In this document: one piece after another, positions 48,899 to 58,906 of the stretch
Layout of the letters: each line of letters opens with the position of its first letter
Position numbering within the stretch: the stretch's first letter is position 1
NCBI GenBank assembly: GCA_043809585.1
Contig: JBDROZ010000069.1
Span: forward strand, 1 to 64,000
Length of the DNA stretch: 64,000 nucleotides
Direction: 5' to 3'
Source: Candidatus Eiseniibacteriota bacterium
Lineage (GTDB): Bacteria; Orphanbacterota; Orphanbacteria; Orphanbacterales; Orphanbacteraceae
Made by a program: the position numbers and the translations under genes
Notes under the pieces: generated by a model
The model's database searches: none
What the model saw: the letters and a program-made list of their open reading frames with translations, nothing else
What the model was told of the DNA's origin: nothing

Positions 48899-49801
48899 AT
48901 GGAAGAAAAACGTCCGAACGATCTGAACGAGACCATCCAGTTCAAGGCGAACCGGGGGGGCGGTGAGCCCCCTCCGCGCCAGGCGTACCTGACCGTCATT
49001 CACGGCGGGGGCGCCACCCTCGGCCGGAGCGTGGCGGTCGAGGATGCGATCACCGCGGGGCGGGACGATTCGTGCGATCTTGTTCTACTCGATCCGGGCG
49101 TCTCCCGGAGGCACCTCCGGGTGCGCCGGGGTGACGAGGGCGTCTATTTTCTCGAGGACCTGAACTCCACGAACGGCACCGCCCTCGGCTCGCGGCCGGT
49201 GGAGGGGGCGGTCCCCCTCCGGGAGGGGGACAAGATCTTCGCCGGCGACACGGTCCTCCGGTTCTCCATCGCCGACGAGATGGACGTCGGTTTCCAGCGC
49301 GAGATCGCCCGGATGCTCGCCACCGACCCGCTCACCGGCCTCGAATCGAAGACCTCCTTCGACGACCATCTCCAGGCGGCCCTGTTCGACGCCCGCCGGT
49401 CGGGGGCGGGCCTCGCCCTTCTCATGATGGACATGGACGGAATCAAGGGAATCAACGACACCCACGGCCATCTCTTCGGCGCCCACTGCATCCGCACGGC
49501 CGGCCGGATCATCGGCGAGGTGATCGGTCGGCAGGGCCACGCCTGCCGGTTCGGCGGAGACGAGTTCACCGCCTACCTGCCGGGCCGGGACCGGCTCTTC
49601 GGCCTCGGGCTGGCCGAGCGGATCCGGGCCGCCGTCGACGGGGCGGGCATGGAGAAGGACGGTATCCCCCTGCACCCGACGATCTCCATCGGCGTCGCGG
49701 CCCATCCCGGGGACGGGCTGCACGTCGACGACCTCGTCCACGCCGCCGACCTCGCCCTTTACCGGGCGAAGGCCCGGGGGAAGAACTGCGTCTCCAAGTG
49801 A
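48899..49801 (+). CDS. FHA-GGDEF diguanylate cyclase
   Basis: FHA (GR, VSRRH, STNGT); DPLTGL, INDTHGH, RFGGDEF. Confidence 0.92.
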   Translation: MEEKRPNDLNETIQFKANRGGGEPPPRQAYLTVIHGGGATLGRSVAVEDAITAGRDDSCDLVLLDPGVSRRHLRVRRGDEGVYFLEDLNSTNGTALGSRPVEGAVPLREGDKIFAGDTVLRFSIADEMDVGFQREIARMLATDPLTGLESKTSFDDHLQAALFDARRSGAGLALLMMDMDGIKGINDTHGHLFGAHCIRTAGRIIGEVIGRQGHACRFGGDEFTAYLPGRDRLFGLGLAERIRAAVDGAGMEKDGIPLHPTISIGVAAHPGDGLHVDDLVHAADLALYRAKARGKNCVSK

Positions 49802-49908
49802 GACATCGGCGCGCCTTCGTTTCCGCCCTCTCCGTGTTATAATGAAGACGTAATCACTCTCCGGCGTTACAGTTCCCGATGCCGCCCACCCTTGTCGAGG
49901 GGGTCCTC

Positions 49909-51477
49909 ATGAACCGTTCGCTCCTGATGCTCGCCGCCATTACGATCATCTTCTCCGGCCCGGCGTTCCCATTCGCGAGTGAAAGCCCCGTGGAAGTCTC
50001 GTCGGACGGCCACGAGACGGTGATCCTCGTCCCGTCCGAAACGGATGGGAGTGTGATCGCCTCACGCTCCTCCGTCCCCTACGGCGCCGCTCCGGACTGG
50101 CAGAACAACCTCCGCCGCCAAGTGGGGGGGCTCCAGGTGGCGGACATGAACGGCGACGGGCGGATGGACGTCGTCGCCGGCTGCTACATCTCGAGCAGTT
50201 ACCCGCCCTACGATCATTGGGAAAACCTGATCTACTTCAACACGGGGACCGAACTCGAAACGGACCCGAGCTGGGTCTCGGCCGACGAGGTCTCCACGGG
50301 CGATGTTCAGGTGGCGGACATCGACAATGACTCGTTCCCGGACATCTTCGCCGCCAACGGCGGATCCTCTATGTCTCCCTCCGTCATCTACTGGGGAAGC
50401 GCGGCCGGGCCTTCCCCGTCGCCCGGCTGGATCAGCGCGGAACCGGCGCTCGCGTGGAACAACTACGCCCTCCCCTTCGACATCGATCACGACGGCGATG
50501 TGGACATGATCACCGCGAACCAGGGCAACTCGCCTACCGACGCCTTCCGTCCGATGTACATCTTCTTCAACGACGCCGGCGCCTTGGCGAACGTGCCGGG
50601 TTGGGCTTCGGCGGAATGGTCGATCCAGAACTTCCTCGCCATGGCGGACTACGACGGGGACGGATGGGAGGACCTGGCCGTCTCCAAGTGGTCCAACTGG
50701 GAGAGCGCCGTCTACCGGAACGACGACGGGCAGATCTTGACCGCGCCGATCTGGACCACCGGCGACACCGATTCGGACAAGGGGGTTGCGTGGGCGGACG
50801 TCGACGGCAACGGCTATCCCGACCTCGCCCTCGGCCACGACCCGACGGAGATCTGGTCGAACGATGCCGGAGCCCTCTCCCTGGGGTGGACGTCGGGCGC
50901 GACCTATTTCGGCCACAGCGACATCCGGTTCTGCGATGTCGACCGGGACGGGGACGAGGACCTCGCGGAGATCCACTTCTCCGACGGCAAGGTGCACATC
51001 TACATGAACGACGGCGGCCTGCTCGAATCGGCTCCCTCCTGGACCTACGACTCGCCGACGGTGGGCACAGCGATCGCCTTCGGCGACATTAACGGCGACG
51101 ATTGGCCCGACCTCGTGGTGGGGAACTCGGGGGAGCCGTGCGTGAAGGTGTTCTACGCCGATCCCGCCACGACGGTGGACGGCGCCTCTCCGGCGCCGGC
51201 CCTCTCCGCCCTCGCCCCGGCCGCTCCGAATCCGTTCAACCCGTCGACGACGCTCCGCGTCCGTCTGGACGAAGCCGGCCCCGCGCGACTTTCCATTCTC
51301 GACGGTCGGGGGCGCGCCGTGAGGACTCTGGTCGACCGGCCGATGGATGCGGGAGAGCACCGGGTGATCTGGGACGGGAAGGACGACGGCGGGCGCCCGG
51401 CGGCTTCGGGGGTCTACTTCGCCCGCCTCGTGTCGCCCGCCGCCATGGACACGGAGAAGCTGGTCCTTGTCCGGTGA
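49909..51477 (+). CDS. Secreted FG-GAP/VCBS repeat protein with FlgD-type C-terminal domain
   Basis: Repeated DxxxDGxxD motifs, signal peptide, PNPFNP. Confidence 0.88.
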   Translation: MNRSLLMLAAITIIFSGPAFPFASESPVEVSSDGHETVILVPSETDGSVIASRSSVPYGAAPDWQNNLRRQVGGLQVADMNGDGRMDVVAGCYISSSYPPYDHWENLIYFNTGTELETDPSWVSADEVSTGDVQVADIDNDSFPDIFAANGGSSMSPSVIYWGSAAGPSPSPGWISAEPALAWNNYALPFDIDHDGDVDMITANQGNSPTDAFRPMYIFFNDAGALANVPGWASAEWSIQNFLAMADYDGDGWEDLAVSKWSNWESAVYRNDDGQILTAPIWTTGDTDSDKGVAWADVDGNGYPDLALGHDPTEIWSNDAGALSLGWTSGATYFGHSDIRFCDVDRDGDEDLAEIHFSDGKVHIYMNDGGLLESAPSWTYDSPTVGTAIAFGDINGDDWPDLVVGNSGEPCVKVFYADPATTVDGASPAPALSALAPAAPNPFNPSTTLRVRLDEAGPARLSILDGRGRAVRTLVDRPMDAGEHRVIWDGKDDGGRPAASGVYFARLVSPAAMDTEKLVLVR

Positions 51478-51579
51478 CATAGAACGACGTTGTCGAGTGC
51501 GGCCATCCTCCGGGAGGGGGGTGGCCGTTTTCTTCGGAAGGGGGCGCGGGTCTTGTTCGCGTCCGGGGTCGGGGGTCGA

Positions 51580-51825
51580 TCAGTCGAGCCCGAAGATGAG
51601 ATCGAGGATTCTCATCCCCTTCCCCTCGTCCTGGAACGCCCGGGGATCGTAGATCTCGGTGAATCCGCAGTGCCGGCAGGAGACGGCGAGAAACTCGTTG
51701 TGCTGCCAGTCGATGAACCGGGTGATTCCCGCACCGGTCGCCGCGAACCGGCGCGCCTCACCCGACGTGTTCTTGCACTTCGAGCATTTGAAGCGGCGCT
51801 CGAATTGGATATCCAGATCCTTCAT
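51580..51825 (-). CDS. Small zinc-ribbon protein (DUF2082-like)
   Basis: FKCSKC...VSCRHCGFTEIY...ILDLIFG. Confidence 0.8.
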   Translation of the reverse strand: MKDLDIQFERRFKCSKCKNTSGEARRFAATGAGITRFIDWQHNEFLAVSCRHCGFTEIYDPRAFQDEGKGMRILDLIFGLD

Positions 51826-51927
51826 GGCCCCTCCCCTCGCGGCCCGGGTTCGCCTCTCCGGCCGCCTCTTACCCGTGCCTACCCGAGCCCCGGTCCGTCT
51901 ATTCGATTCCCGGTTTCTTCCCCCCGG

Positions 51928-52119
51928 TCAGCAGACCCGGCCGTCTTCGTCGATGTCGATTCCGTGGATCTCTTCGAGCTTCTTGACGAGGGCCCGGATC
52001 GTCTCCTCCGTGCGGTTTACCCGGTTCTCGAGATGAAGAACCCGTTCTTCCATCGATCCGGAGACGCGATGCTGTTTGTACATCAGTCCGGTCTGCACGA
52101 TCTCCCAAAGAACGCCCAT
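51928..52119 (-). CDS. Small coiled-coil hypothetical protein
   Basis: GAGGAG RBS; LWEIVQ...MEERVLHLENRV...DIDEDGRV. Confidence 0.65.
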   Translation of the reverse strand: MGVLWEIVQTGLMYKQHRVSGSMEERVLHLENRVNRTEETIRALVKKLEEIHGIDIDEDGRVC

Positions 52120-52175
52120 GACACTCCTCGATTCCGCCCCGCCCCGCCGGGTGGGGCTCCTGGGTTCACCGCCTG

Positions 52176-52688
52176 TCAGTCCCGATCCCCTCCGAACGGT
52201 TCCGGGTCCCATCGGACCTCCACGTTCCACCGGGAATCCTCCGACCCGATCGTACCGCCGAAAAGGGCGCCCATCGCTGCGGCGGCCCCCGCCCACTGCC
52301 ATGGGACCCGGCCGCTGTCGAAGGCGCCCAACTCCCGGGCGAGAAGCCCCGCGAAGAGCCCCGCCCGCATGCCGGCGCCCGCCCCCTTCAGGGCGCAGTC
52401 GAAGCGGGACAACTCGATCGTCCGAGGCCGGAAGATCGATTCCACCGGAAGAGTGCGGACATGAGACAGGGAGAGCCGCCCCCCCGGCGCGGAACGAGGG
52501 GAAGGGGGCGAAGAGAGCCCGAGGGGAACCCCCGGCTTCCATCGGAGCGGTTCGGCGCCGAGCATGAAATCGGTCGGGCGGAGCCTCGGACCGGGCGCGG
52601 GAGTATTCGCCGACGATCCGACGGCGCCGGCGATCGCGGCCGCCGCGGCGAGAACGAGGATCACCGGAACGAGGGCCGGACGCAACAT
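52176..52688 (-). CDS. Exported hypothetical protein with glycine-zipper-like segment
   Basis: Signal peptide, GAGAGMRAGLFAG, GGAGA RBS. Confidence 0.5.
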   Translation of the reverse strand: MLRPALVPVILVLAAAAAIAGAVGSSANTPAPGPRLRPTDFMLGAEPLRWKPGVPLGLSSPPSPRSAPGGRLSLSHVRTLPVESIFRPRTIELSRFDCALKGAGAGMRAGLFAGLLARELGAFDSGRVPWQWAGAAAAMGALFGGTIGSEDSRWNVEVRWDPEPFGGDRD

Positions 52689-52870
52689 GACGGTCTCTCC
52701 CAGGGGCGGGAATCGCGGCGCCTCTCCATTGTATGAGGTTCATCCCCGGTTCGCAAGGGATGCCGTCCGGTCGCCCACGGAAGAGGAGACGATTCTCACG
52801 AGCGCCCGGTTTCTGGTATGTTCCGTCGGACGAAGATCCGCCCATGGTGCCGGCGTGGAGGAGAGGAACG

Positions 52871-53473
52871 ATGGGAAGGGTAATGCAGGCGAGCTTCCTC
52901 GGGCCCTTGATGGCGGGCGCCGGGGAGGGGGGAGGGCTCTATCCGACCCGCGCCCTCGTCCGGAACCGGTCTTGCCCGCGCATTCTCGATCAGGTGCGCC
53001 GGGTGCGTTACTTCTTCCCCGAGCTCCGGGGCACGGCCATCCGGGTCGGTTTCACCCGCGCCGCCCAGGGGTACGCTTCCCTCGAGGACGATACGATCTG
53101 GATGAACCCGTACCGGCTGACCCACCTGACCATCGCCCACGAGTTGGTTCATCTGGTGCAGAACCGGGGGCTCGTTCCGGGGGGGGAGAAGACCGCCGAC
53201 CTTCACGCCCTCGCCCGGCACATCACGCTGGTCGACGACCTGCCTGGCTATCTCCGGGTGCCCCCAGAACTCCGCCGGCGCTGGAACCCGGCCCGCCTCT
53301 CCTTCGGCAGGCTTCTTCACCATACGGCCGCGCGGGCCATTGCCGATTCGGACGGCAAACCCCGTCGGGCGATTCATCTCTTCGAGAAGGAAATCGACGT
53401 TCGCTGGGAGGAGTCGCGGGACGCCCTCGCGGGAAAGACGAAGCGGGCCGCCCCCCTCGCGCTCTTCGGCTAG
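52871..53473 (+). CDS. Hypothetical zincin-like protein (start uncertain)
   Basis: TIAHELVHL (HExxH) followed by EKTAD. Confidence 0.6.
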   Translation: MGRVMQASFLGPLMAGAGEGGGLYPTRALVRNRSCPRILDQVRRVRYFFPELRGTAIRVGFTRAAQGYASLEDDTIWMNPYRLTHLTIAHELVHLVQNRGLVPGGEKTADLHALARHITLVDDLPGYLRVPPELRRRWNPARLSFGRLLHHTAARAIADSDGKPRRAIHLFEKEIDVRWEESRDALAGKTKRAAPLALFG

Positions 53474-53537
53474 CCTGAATCATGCACGAATCTCCTACTG
53501 CGATCTCGGATCGCCGCCTGCGAAGCCTCCTTCGTCA
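53470..53537. repeat. MITE-like repeat, partial copy of 1-140
   Basis: 60/63 identity to the reverse complement of 78-140; begins at CTAG containing the upstream gene's TAG stop. Confidence 0.75.
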
Positions 53538-53609
53538 AAAAGTGGTATCCGGCCGCGATTTCCATTACACCGAAATCAAGGATGCCGTTTTGTGGAGCCA
53601 GGGTGAACT

Positions 53610-55427
53610 TCAGGCCGGATCGGAGAGCTTTCTCTGCTTGTCCGCCCGCTTCCGGGCGTTCTCTTCGAGTACGGACTTCCGGATCCGGATGTGGCGGGGC
53701 GTGATCTCGGCGTACTCATCCTGGTTCAGATGCTCGAGGGTTTCCTCGAGGCTCATCTTCACCGCCGGGGCAATCCGCATTTTCCGGTCCGAGCCGGCGG
53801 CGCGGAGGTTCGTCAGCTGCTTCGACTTCTGGCCGTTGACGACCATGTCCCCCTCCTTGTTCGACTCGCCGATCACCTGTCCCGCGTAGAGCTCGTCTCC
53901 GGGTTCGACGAAGAAACGGCCCCGGTCTTGGAGGGCGTCGAGGGCGAAGGCGACGGTCGGGCCTTCCGCCATGCTGATGATTCTCCCCGTCTGCCGCTGG
54001 GGCAGGCTCCCCTTGAAGTACTCGTACTGATGGAAGCGGTGGTGCATGACGATCTCGCCCCCCGTGGCGCGGAGCATCTTGCTCCGGAACCCGATGAGGC
54101 CCCGGCTCGGGATGTGGAACTCGAGCCGGCTCTGGGATTCGCCGTGCTCCATCTTGATCAGTTCCCCTTTGCGCATTGCCGCGTATTCGATCACGGTTCC
54201 CGCGTGCTCCCGGGGGATGTCGACGGTGAGCACCTCCACGGGCTCCGCTTTCTTGCCCCCGATTTCCCGGAAGATGACCCGTGGCTGGCCGACCATGAAT
54301 TCGTAGCCTTCCCGCCGCATGTTCTCCATGAGGATCGAGAGGTGGAGGATGCCCCGGCCGCTCACCTTGAAAGTGTCGCCCGTCGCCGTATCCTCGACCT
54401 GGAGCGCCACGTCCCGCTCCGCCTCGCGGATGAGGCGTTCCCGGATCTGGCGGCTCGTGACGAGTTTGCCGTCCTGTCCGAAGAAGGGGCCGTCGTTGAT
54501 CATGAAGTACATGCTGAGGGTCGGCTCGTCGACGGCGATGAGCGGCAGCGGCTCCGGGTGTTCCGGGTCGGCGAGGGTGTCGCCGATGTCGACGTTCTCC
54601 ATGCCCACCACGGCGCCGATGTCGCCGCACTCCACCGCGAGCACCTCCCGGCGCCCGAGATTGTCGAAAACGAAGAGCTGGCGCACCACGGCGCTCTCCC
54701 GGGTGCCGTCCCGCTTGAGAACGGCCACCGTGTCCTTGGCGCGGATGCGGCCCCGGACCACCCGCCCGATGCCGATCCTCCCCACGTAGTCGCTGTGGTC
54801 CATCGCCGCCACGAGCATCTGGAGAGGCCCTTCCTTCACGACCGGCGCCGGCACGTGCTGGACGATCAGGTCGAGCAGGGGGAAGAGGTTCTTCCGCTCG
54901 TCCTCGAGCTCGCCCACGGCCCAGCCCTCCCGCCCGGCGGCGTAGACGCCCCGGAAGTCGAGCTGCTCGTCCGTGGCGTTCAACTCCAGGAAGAGGTTGA
55001 AGATCTCGTCGAGCACTTCGTGAGGCCGGGCGTTCGGGCGGTCCACCTTGTTGATGACCACCACCGGCTTCAGCTCGAGCCGCAACGCCTTTTGCAGCAC
55101 GAACCGGGTCTGGGGCATGGGGCCCTCGAAAGCGTCGACCAGGAGGAGCACGCCGTCCGCCATCTTGAGCACCCGCTCCACCTCGCCGCCGAAGTCGGCA
55201 TGGCCCGGCGTGTCGATCAGGTTGATCCGGACCCCATGATAGGTGATGGCGAAGTTCTTCGCGGTGATCGTGATGCCCCGCTCCCGCTCCAGATCGCCGG
55301 AATCGAGGAACCGCTCCCGCACCTCCTGCCCCTGGCGGAAGACGTGGCACTGGCGGAGGATCTGGTCGACCAAGGTGGTCTTCCCGTGATCCACGTGGGC
55401 GATGATGGCGACGTTTCGGATCTGCAT
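53610..55427 (-). CDS. typA: Translational GTPase TypA/BipA
   Basis: [55 protein letters not shown]. Confidence 0.97.
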   Translation of the reverse strand: MQIRNVAIIAHVDHGKTTLVDQILRQCHVFRQGQEVRERFLDSGDLERERGITITAKNFAITYHGVRINLIDTPGHADFGGEVERVLKMADGVLLLVDAFEGPMPQTRFVLQKALRLELKPVVVINKVDRPNARPHEVLDEIFNLFLELNATDEQLDFRGVYAAGREGWAVGELEDERKNLFPLLDLIVQHVPAPVVKEGPLQMLVAAMDHSDYVGRIGIGRVVRGRIRAKDTVAVLKRDGTRESAVVRQLFVFDNLGRREVLAVECGDIGAVVGMENVDIGDTLADPEHPEPLPLIAVDEPTLSMYFMINDGPFFGQDGKLVTSRQIRERLIREAERDVALQVEDTATGDTFKVSGRGILHLSILMENMRREGYEFMVGQPRVIFREIGGKKAEPVEVLTVDIPREHAGTVIEYAAMRKGELIKMEHGESQSRLEFHIPSRGLIGFRSKMLRATGGEIVMHHRFHQYEYFKGSLPQRQTGRIISMAEGPTVAFALDALQDRGRFFVEPGDELYAGQVIGESNKEGDMVVNGQKSKQLTNLRAAGSDRKMRIAPAVKMSLEETLEHLNQDEYAEITPRHIRIRKSVLEENARKRADKQRKLSDPA

Positions 55428-55553
55428 GGGCCTCACCCTCGCAGCAGGCCCTTCGGGCCGCGGAGGAGCGGAGTATAACAGCGCTCCCGGGAGGCCGTCC
55501 CCCGGAATCATCAGGACAAGGAACCGAAAAGAGGCGCGCCGGAGCGCGCACGG

Positions 55554-55580
55554 AAAAAGGGGGCGCCAAGGCGCCCCCCT
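55554..55580 (-). terminator. Intrinsic terminator of RRM copy 3
   Basis: GGGGGCGCC-tt-GGCGCCCCC followed by TTTTT on the minus strand. Confidence 0.75.
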
Positions 55581-55600
55581 CGTTCACGATGAGATTCGGG

Positions 55601-55882
55601 CTACCAGCGTTCGCGCCGGCCGCCGCCGTCGCCGCCGCCTTCGCGCTTCGGCTGGGCCTCGCTCACCTTCAGGTTCCGGCCGCCCAGGGCCACGCCGTCT
55701 ACGGCGCTGATGGCCTTGGCGCCATCGTTGTTGTCCATCTGAACGAAACCGAACCCGCGGGACTGGCCCGTGTACCGGTCGGTAATCACGTTGACTTCCT
55801 GAACGGCCCCGTGCTGGGAGAACAGGTTGCGCAGTTCGTCTTCGGTCGTGTTGAAGGACAGGTTGCCGACATACAGCTTCAT
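55601..55882 (-). CDS. RRM RNA-binding protein (copy 3)
   Basis: [14 protein letters not shown], Gly-rich tail. Confidence 0.95.
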   Translation of the reverse strand: MKLYVGNLSFNTTEDELRNLFSQHGAVQEVNVITDRYTGQSRGFGFVQMDNNDGAKAISAVDGVALGGRNLKVSEAQPKREGGGDGGGRRERW

Positions 55883-56132
55883 AACGTTCGTCTCACTCCG
55901 TTTCGCCCCTCGAGTCATTCGGCAGGGATCCGCGGCGGTGCGGTCTATCCGCGCCGTCCGAACCCCGGCATACCAGTACGAATCCAGGTCCCTCGGGACC
56001 TCGTGCATACTCTGGTGTCAGGCTCCATGACCGACGGTCGATTCAGGCGGGGCGAAATCGGCGAGTCGATTCGGCAGGAGATACCCAAAGATGTGCACAA
56101 GCAATATATCGGCATCCGCCTGAAAAAGTCAA
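55883..56132 (-). promoter_or_regulatory. Conserved RRM 5' leader plus promoter (copy 3)
   Basis: TTGACT (56132-56127)-N18-TATATT; boxes shared with copies 1 and 2; 56049-56057 is complementary to 55901-55909. Confidence 0.72.
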
Positions 56133-56348
56133 GAGCCGTTTGAAAATCAGTTTTTTGGTCCCTTTCGGGAAAGGTGGAGAAAGACCGCCCCATCCGGGGG
56201 CGCCGGGGTCTCCGGGGGCCTTCGGGGCCATCCGGAGGCCTTCGGACCGGGAGGCCGGCCGGCGCACCGGGGGGGGGGGACGGACCCTAAAATGATGTAC
56301 AATGGTCCGGTCCACCGTCTCGAAAGCCATACTATAAGGAAGGAAGAC

Positions 56349-58436
56349 ATGACCCGTCATTGCCCCCTCTTCGTCTTCGCCGCCCTCGCCGCGGCGGCCG
56401 TTGCCGTTTCGGCGCCGGCCCCGTTCGCGGGGGCGCCCGAAAGGACCCACGACCTCGTTCCGGAGGACTACTTCACCCAGGGTTTCATTTACGACTGCGC
56501 GATCTCACCGGATGGGAAGCACGTGGCCCTCACCGACCTCCGCTGGGATCTCGACGCGGACACCAGGCACACCGATGTTTGGATCGCGAACGTGAAGACG
56601 AAGGAGATTCGGCGCGTCACCTTCCACCCCGGCGGCGACGACGGCCCGGTGTGGAGCCCCGACGGCCGGTGGGTCTACTTCACGAGCGCCCGAGGCGAGG
56701 ATGACGATCCACCTCCGGAGAACGGGAAGACCCAGGTCTGGAAGGCATCGGTCGACGGCGGCGTGCCGGTGCCGGTCACCCGCTTCAAGGAGGGCGTGGA
56801 GGATTTCGCCCTGTCATCGGACGGGAAGATCCTCTACTACGTGAAGTCGAGCGAGAGGGTGGAGGACCCCTGGAAGGATCTCAAGGAGGAGTACGACGAC
56901 CTCGACTACGGAAAGGGGGTCATGAACTACAGCGAGATCTGGGCCCTCGACCTGACGACGTGGCGGACGGAGAAGCTCGTCGCCGAGAGCCGGGTCATCC
57001 AGGAGTTCGCCGTCTCCCGCGACGGGGGGCGGATCGCCATGATCACGACGCCGACGGAGGAGCTGATTACGAACGAGGGACTCTCGACGGTCGACGTCTG
57101 GGACCGGGAGGCGGGAAAAACGACCACCGTCCCCGACCGGCTCTGGCGGGACGAGGCCCCTTCTCCCTACGGATGGCTCGAGGGCCTCGCCTGGTCGGCG
57201 GACGCCTCGAAGCTCGCCTTCCGAATCGACTTCGACGGCTACCCGGCGGAGATGTTCGTCGTTCACTTCCGGGAGGGGGAGGAGCCGGCGCCCCGCAAGC
57301 TCCGGCGACCCGGCGAGTTCTCCCTCGGCGGGGAGCCGGACATCCGGTGGATCGGAGAGTCCGACGACCTCTGCTTCATCTCCGAGGAGAGGGCCCGGGC
57401 GCGGGTGGCGGTGATCCGGAATATCAGCCGGGGGTCGCAGGGAAAGTACGAGATCCTGACGCCGGGCGACTGGGTGGCCAAGACCTTCGACCTGACGCCG
57501 GACGGGGGGGTCCTCGCGGCGGCCCTCGGCGACGTGACGGAGCCGAACGACGTGTTCGTCACCTCCACGAAAGGGAAGCCGAAGCTCGAGCGGATCACCC
57601 GCATCAATCCTCAGATCGCCTCGTGGCGGATCCCGAAGATCGAAGTCGTGAAATGGGCCGGCGCGAACGGAGATACGGTGGAGGGGATCCTGGAACTCCC
57701 GTTCGGCTACGAGCCCGGCACGGCGCTCCCCCTGCACGTCGCCCTTCACGGGGGTCCGACGGCGGCGGACCTGCTCTACCTCGAGTTCTGGATCTACGGC
57801 CGCGGCCTCTGGCCCTCCCTCGGGTGGGCGGTCTTCTCCCCGAATTACCGGGGCTCCACCGGATTCGGGGACCGGTTCCTGACCGAGCTCATCGGCGCCG
57901 AGTGCCGCATCGAGGTGGAGGACGTGCTGAAGGGCGTCGACATGCTCGTCGAGAAGGGCATCGCCGATCCGGAGCGGATGGCAGTCTCGGGGTGGAGCAA
58001 CGGTGGGCTCGTGACGAACTGCATCATCACCCAGACGGACCGGTTCAAGGCGGCGTCGACCGGCGCGGGGGTTCTCGACATGGCCCTCCAGTGGGGAATC
58101 GAGGACACGCCGGGGCACGTGATCAATTTCATGGAGGGGTTGCCGTGGGAGAAGGCCGAGGACTACATCGAGGCCTCCCCCCTCTGGTCTCTCGACAAAG
58201 TCAAGACACCGACCCTCATCCACGTGGGGGGGAATGACCCCCGGGTTCCCCCGGCCCACTCGAAGGCGCTCTTCCGGGCCCTCGACTTCTACCTTGGCGT
58301 CCCCTCCGAACTCGTCATCTACCCCGGCCAGGGGCACGGTCTGAGCAAGTACACCCACCGCCTCGCGAAGATGAAGTGGGACATCGCCTGGTTCGACCAT
58401 TACGTGCTCGGCAAGCCGATGGAGGGGCCGGAGTAG
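56349..58436 (+). CDS. S9 family (prolyl oligopeptidase/acylaminoacyl) peptidase
   Basis: WD40/TolB-like propeller, HGGP, PNYRGSTGFG, GWSNGG, DPRVP, GHG. Confidence 0.93.
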   Translation: MTRHCPLFVFAALAAAAVAVSAPAPFAGAPERTHDLVPEDYFTQGFIYDCAISPDGKHVALTDLRWDLDADTRHTDVWIANVKTKEIRRVTFHPGGDDGPVWSPDGRWVYFTSARGEDDDPPPENGKTQVWKASVDGGVPVPVTRFKEGVEDFALSSDGKILYYVKSSERVEDPWKDLKEEYDDLDYGKGVMNYSEIWALDLTTWRTEKLVAESRVIQEFAVSRDGGRIAMITTPTEELITNEGLSTVDVWDREAGKTTTVPDRLWRDEAPSPYGWLEGLAWSADASKLAFRIDFDGYPAEMFVVHFREGEEPAPRKLRRPGEFSLGGEPDIRWIGESDDLCFISEERARARVAVIRNISRGSQGKYEILTPGDWVAKTFDLTPDGGVLAAALGDVTEPNDVFVTSTKGKPKLERITRINPQIASWRIPKIEVVKWAGANGDTVEGILELPFGYEPGTALPLHVALHGGPTAADLLYLEFWIYGRGLWPSLGWAVFSPNYRGSTGFGDRFLTELIGAECRIEVEDVLKGVDMLVEKGIADPERMAVSGWSNGGLVTNCIITQTDRFKAASTGAGVLDMALQWGIEDTPGHVINFMEGLPWEKAEDYIEASPLWSLDKVKTPTLIHVGGNDPRVPPAHSKALFRALDFYLGVPSELVIYPGQGHGLSKYTHRLAKMKWDIAWFDHYVLGKPMEGPE

Positions 58437-58489
58437 GGCGGGAGCCGGGATCGACCTGGAAGCCCATCCGATCGAAGAGCCGATCCCGA

Positions 58490-58535
58490 GCTGTTCGTTC
58501 TTGGGTGGCAGGTTCAAGCCCCGCCCGGGGAGCCA
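58490..58535 (+). pseudogene. Degenerate 3' half of a tRNA (Asn-like), possible att scar
   Basis: GCTGTT...GGTGGCAGGTTCAAGCCCCGCCCGGGGAGCCA has a T-loop, acceptor strand and CCA. No matching 5' half or D arm. Confidence 0.55.
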
Positions 58536-58659
58536 GCTCAACCTATCCCCACACAACAACTTATAGAGATATAGATTCGCAGGGGCCAGCCTGCCGGCAG
58601 GCGGCTTGGGGCCTGTCGTGGCTTCGCGTGGTCCATCGGTGCGCCGATTTCACACGCCC

Positions 58660-58689
58660 TTGACAATACCTAGCGCTACTATGTATAAT
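58660..58689 (+). promoter_or_regulatory. Consensus sigma70 promoter with overlapping operator-like inverted repeat
   Basis: TTGACA-N18-TATAAT; ATACcTAG-N5-CTAtGTAT at 58666-58686. Confidence 0.8.
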
Positions 58690-58693
58690 GCTC

Positions 58694-58888
58694 TTAGCCT
58701 TGGTCTTTCATGAAATCTCGAGATCCAACGCGTGAGAGTGCGTCAGCCGGGGCCGCACGGAGCCCGAACCATGGGGAGCGTATTTCACGATACGTGAGCC
58801 ATGGTGAGGGCGAGTACGGTTCCCGATGGCGTGCCGGCACGCGAGCGATCGCGGCTTGAGCCGAGATTCTATGAAAGATCGAGGCTAG
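58694..58888. mobile_element. Complete MITE-like element (~195 bp)
   Basis: Terminal inverted repeats TAGCCTTGGTCTTTCATGAAATCTCG and CGAGATTCTATGAAAGATCGAGGCTA; central GCGTAT-ttcacg-ATACGT hairpin; TA at both ends. Confidence 0.75.
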
Positions 58889-58906
58889 GTAAGGGGGCGC
58901 GTCGCC

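Noticed and set aside
53482-53610. Shared peptide MHxSPTAISDRRLRSLL in ORFs 54-983 and 53482-53889
   Set aside because: It is a translation of the non-coding repeat, not a protein domain.
58437-58535. Intact tRNA gene
   Set aside because: No 5' acceptor strand or D arm pairs with the 3' end, and the T stem has a mismatch.
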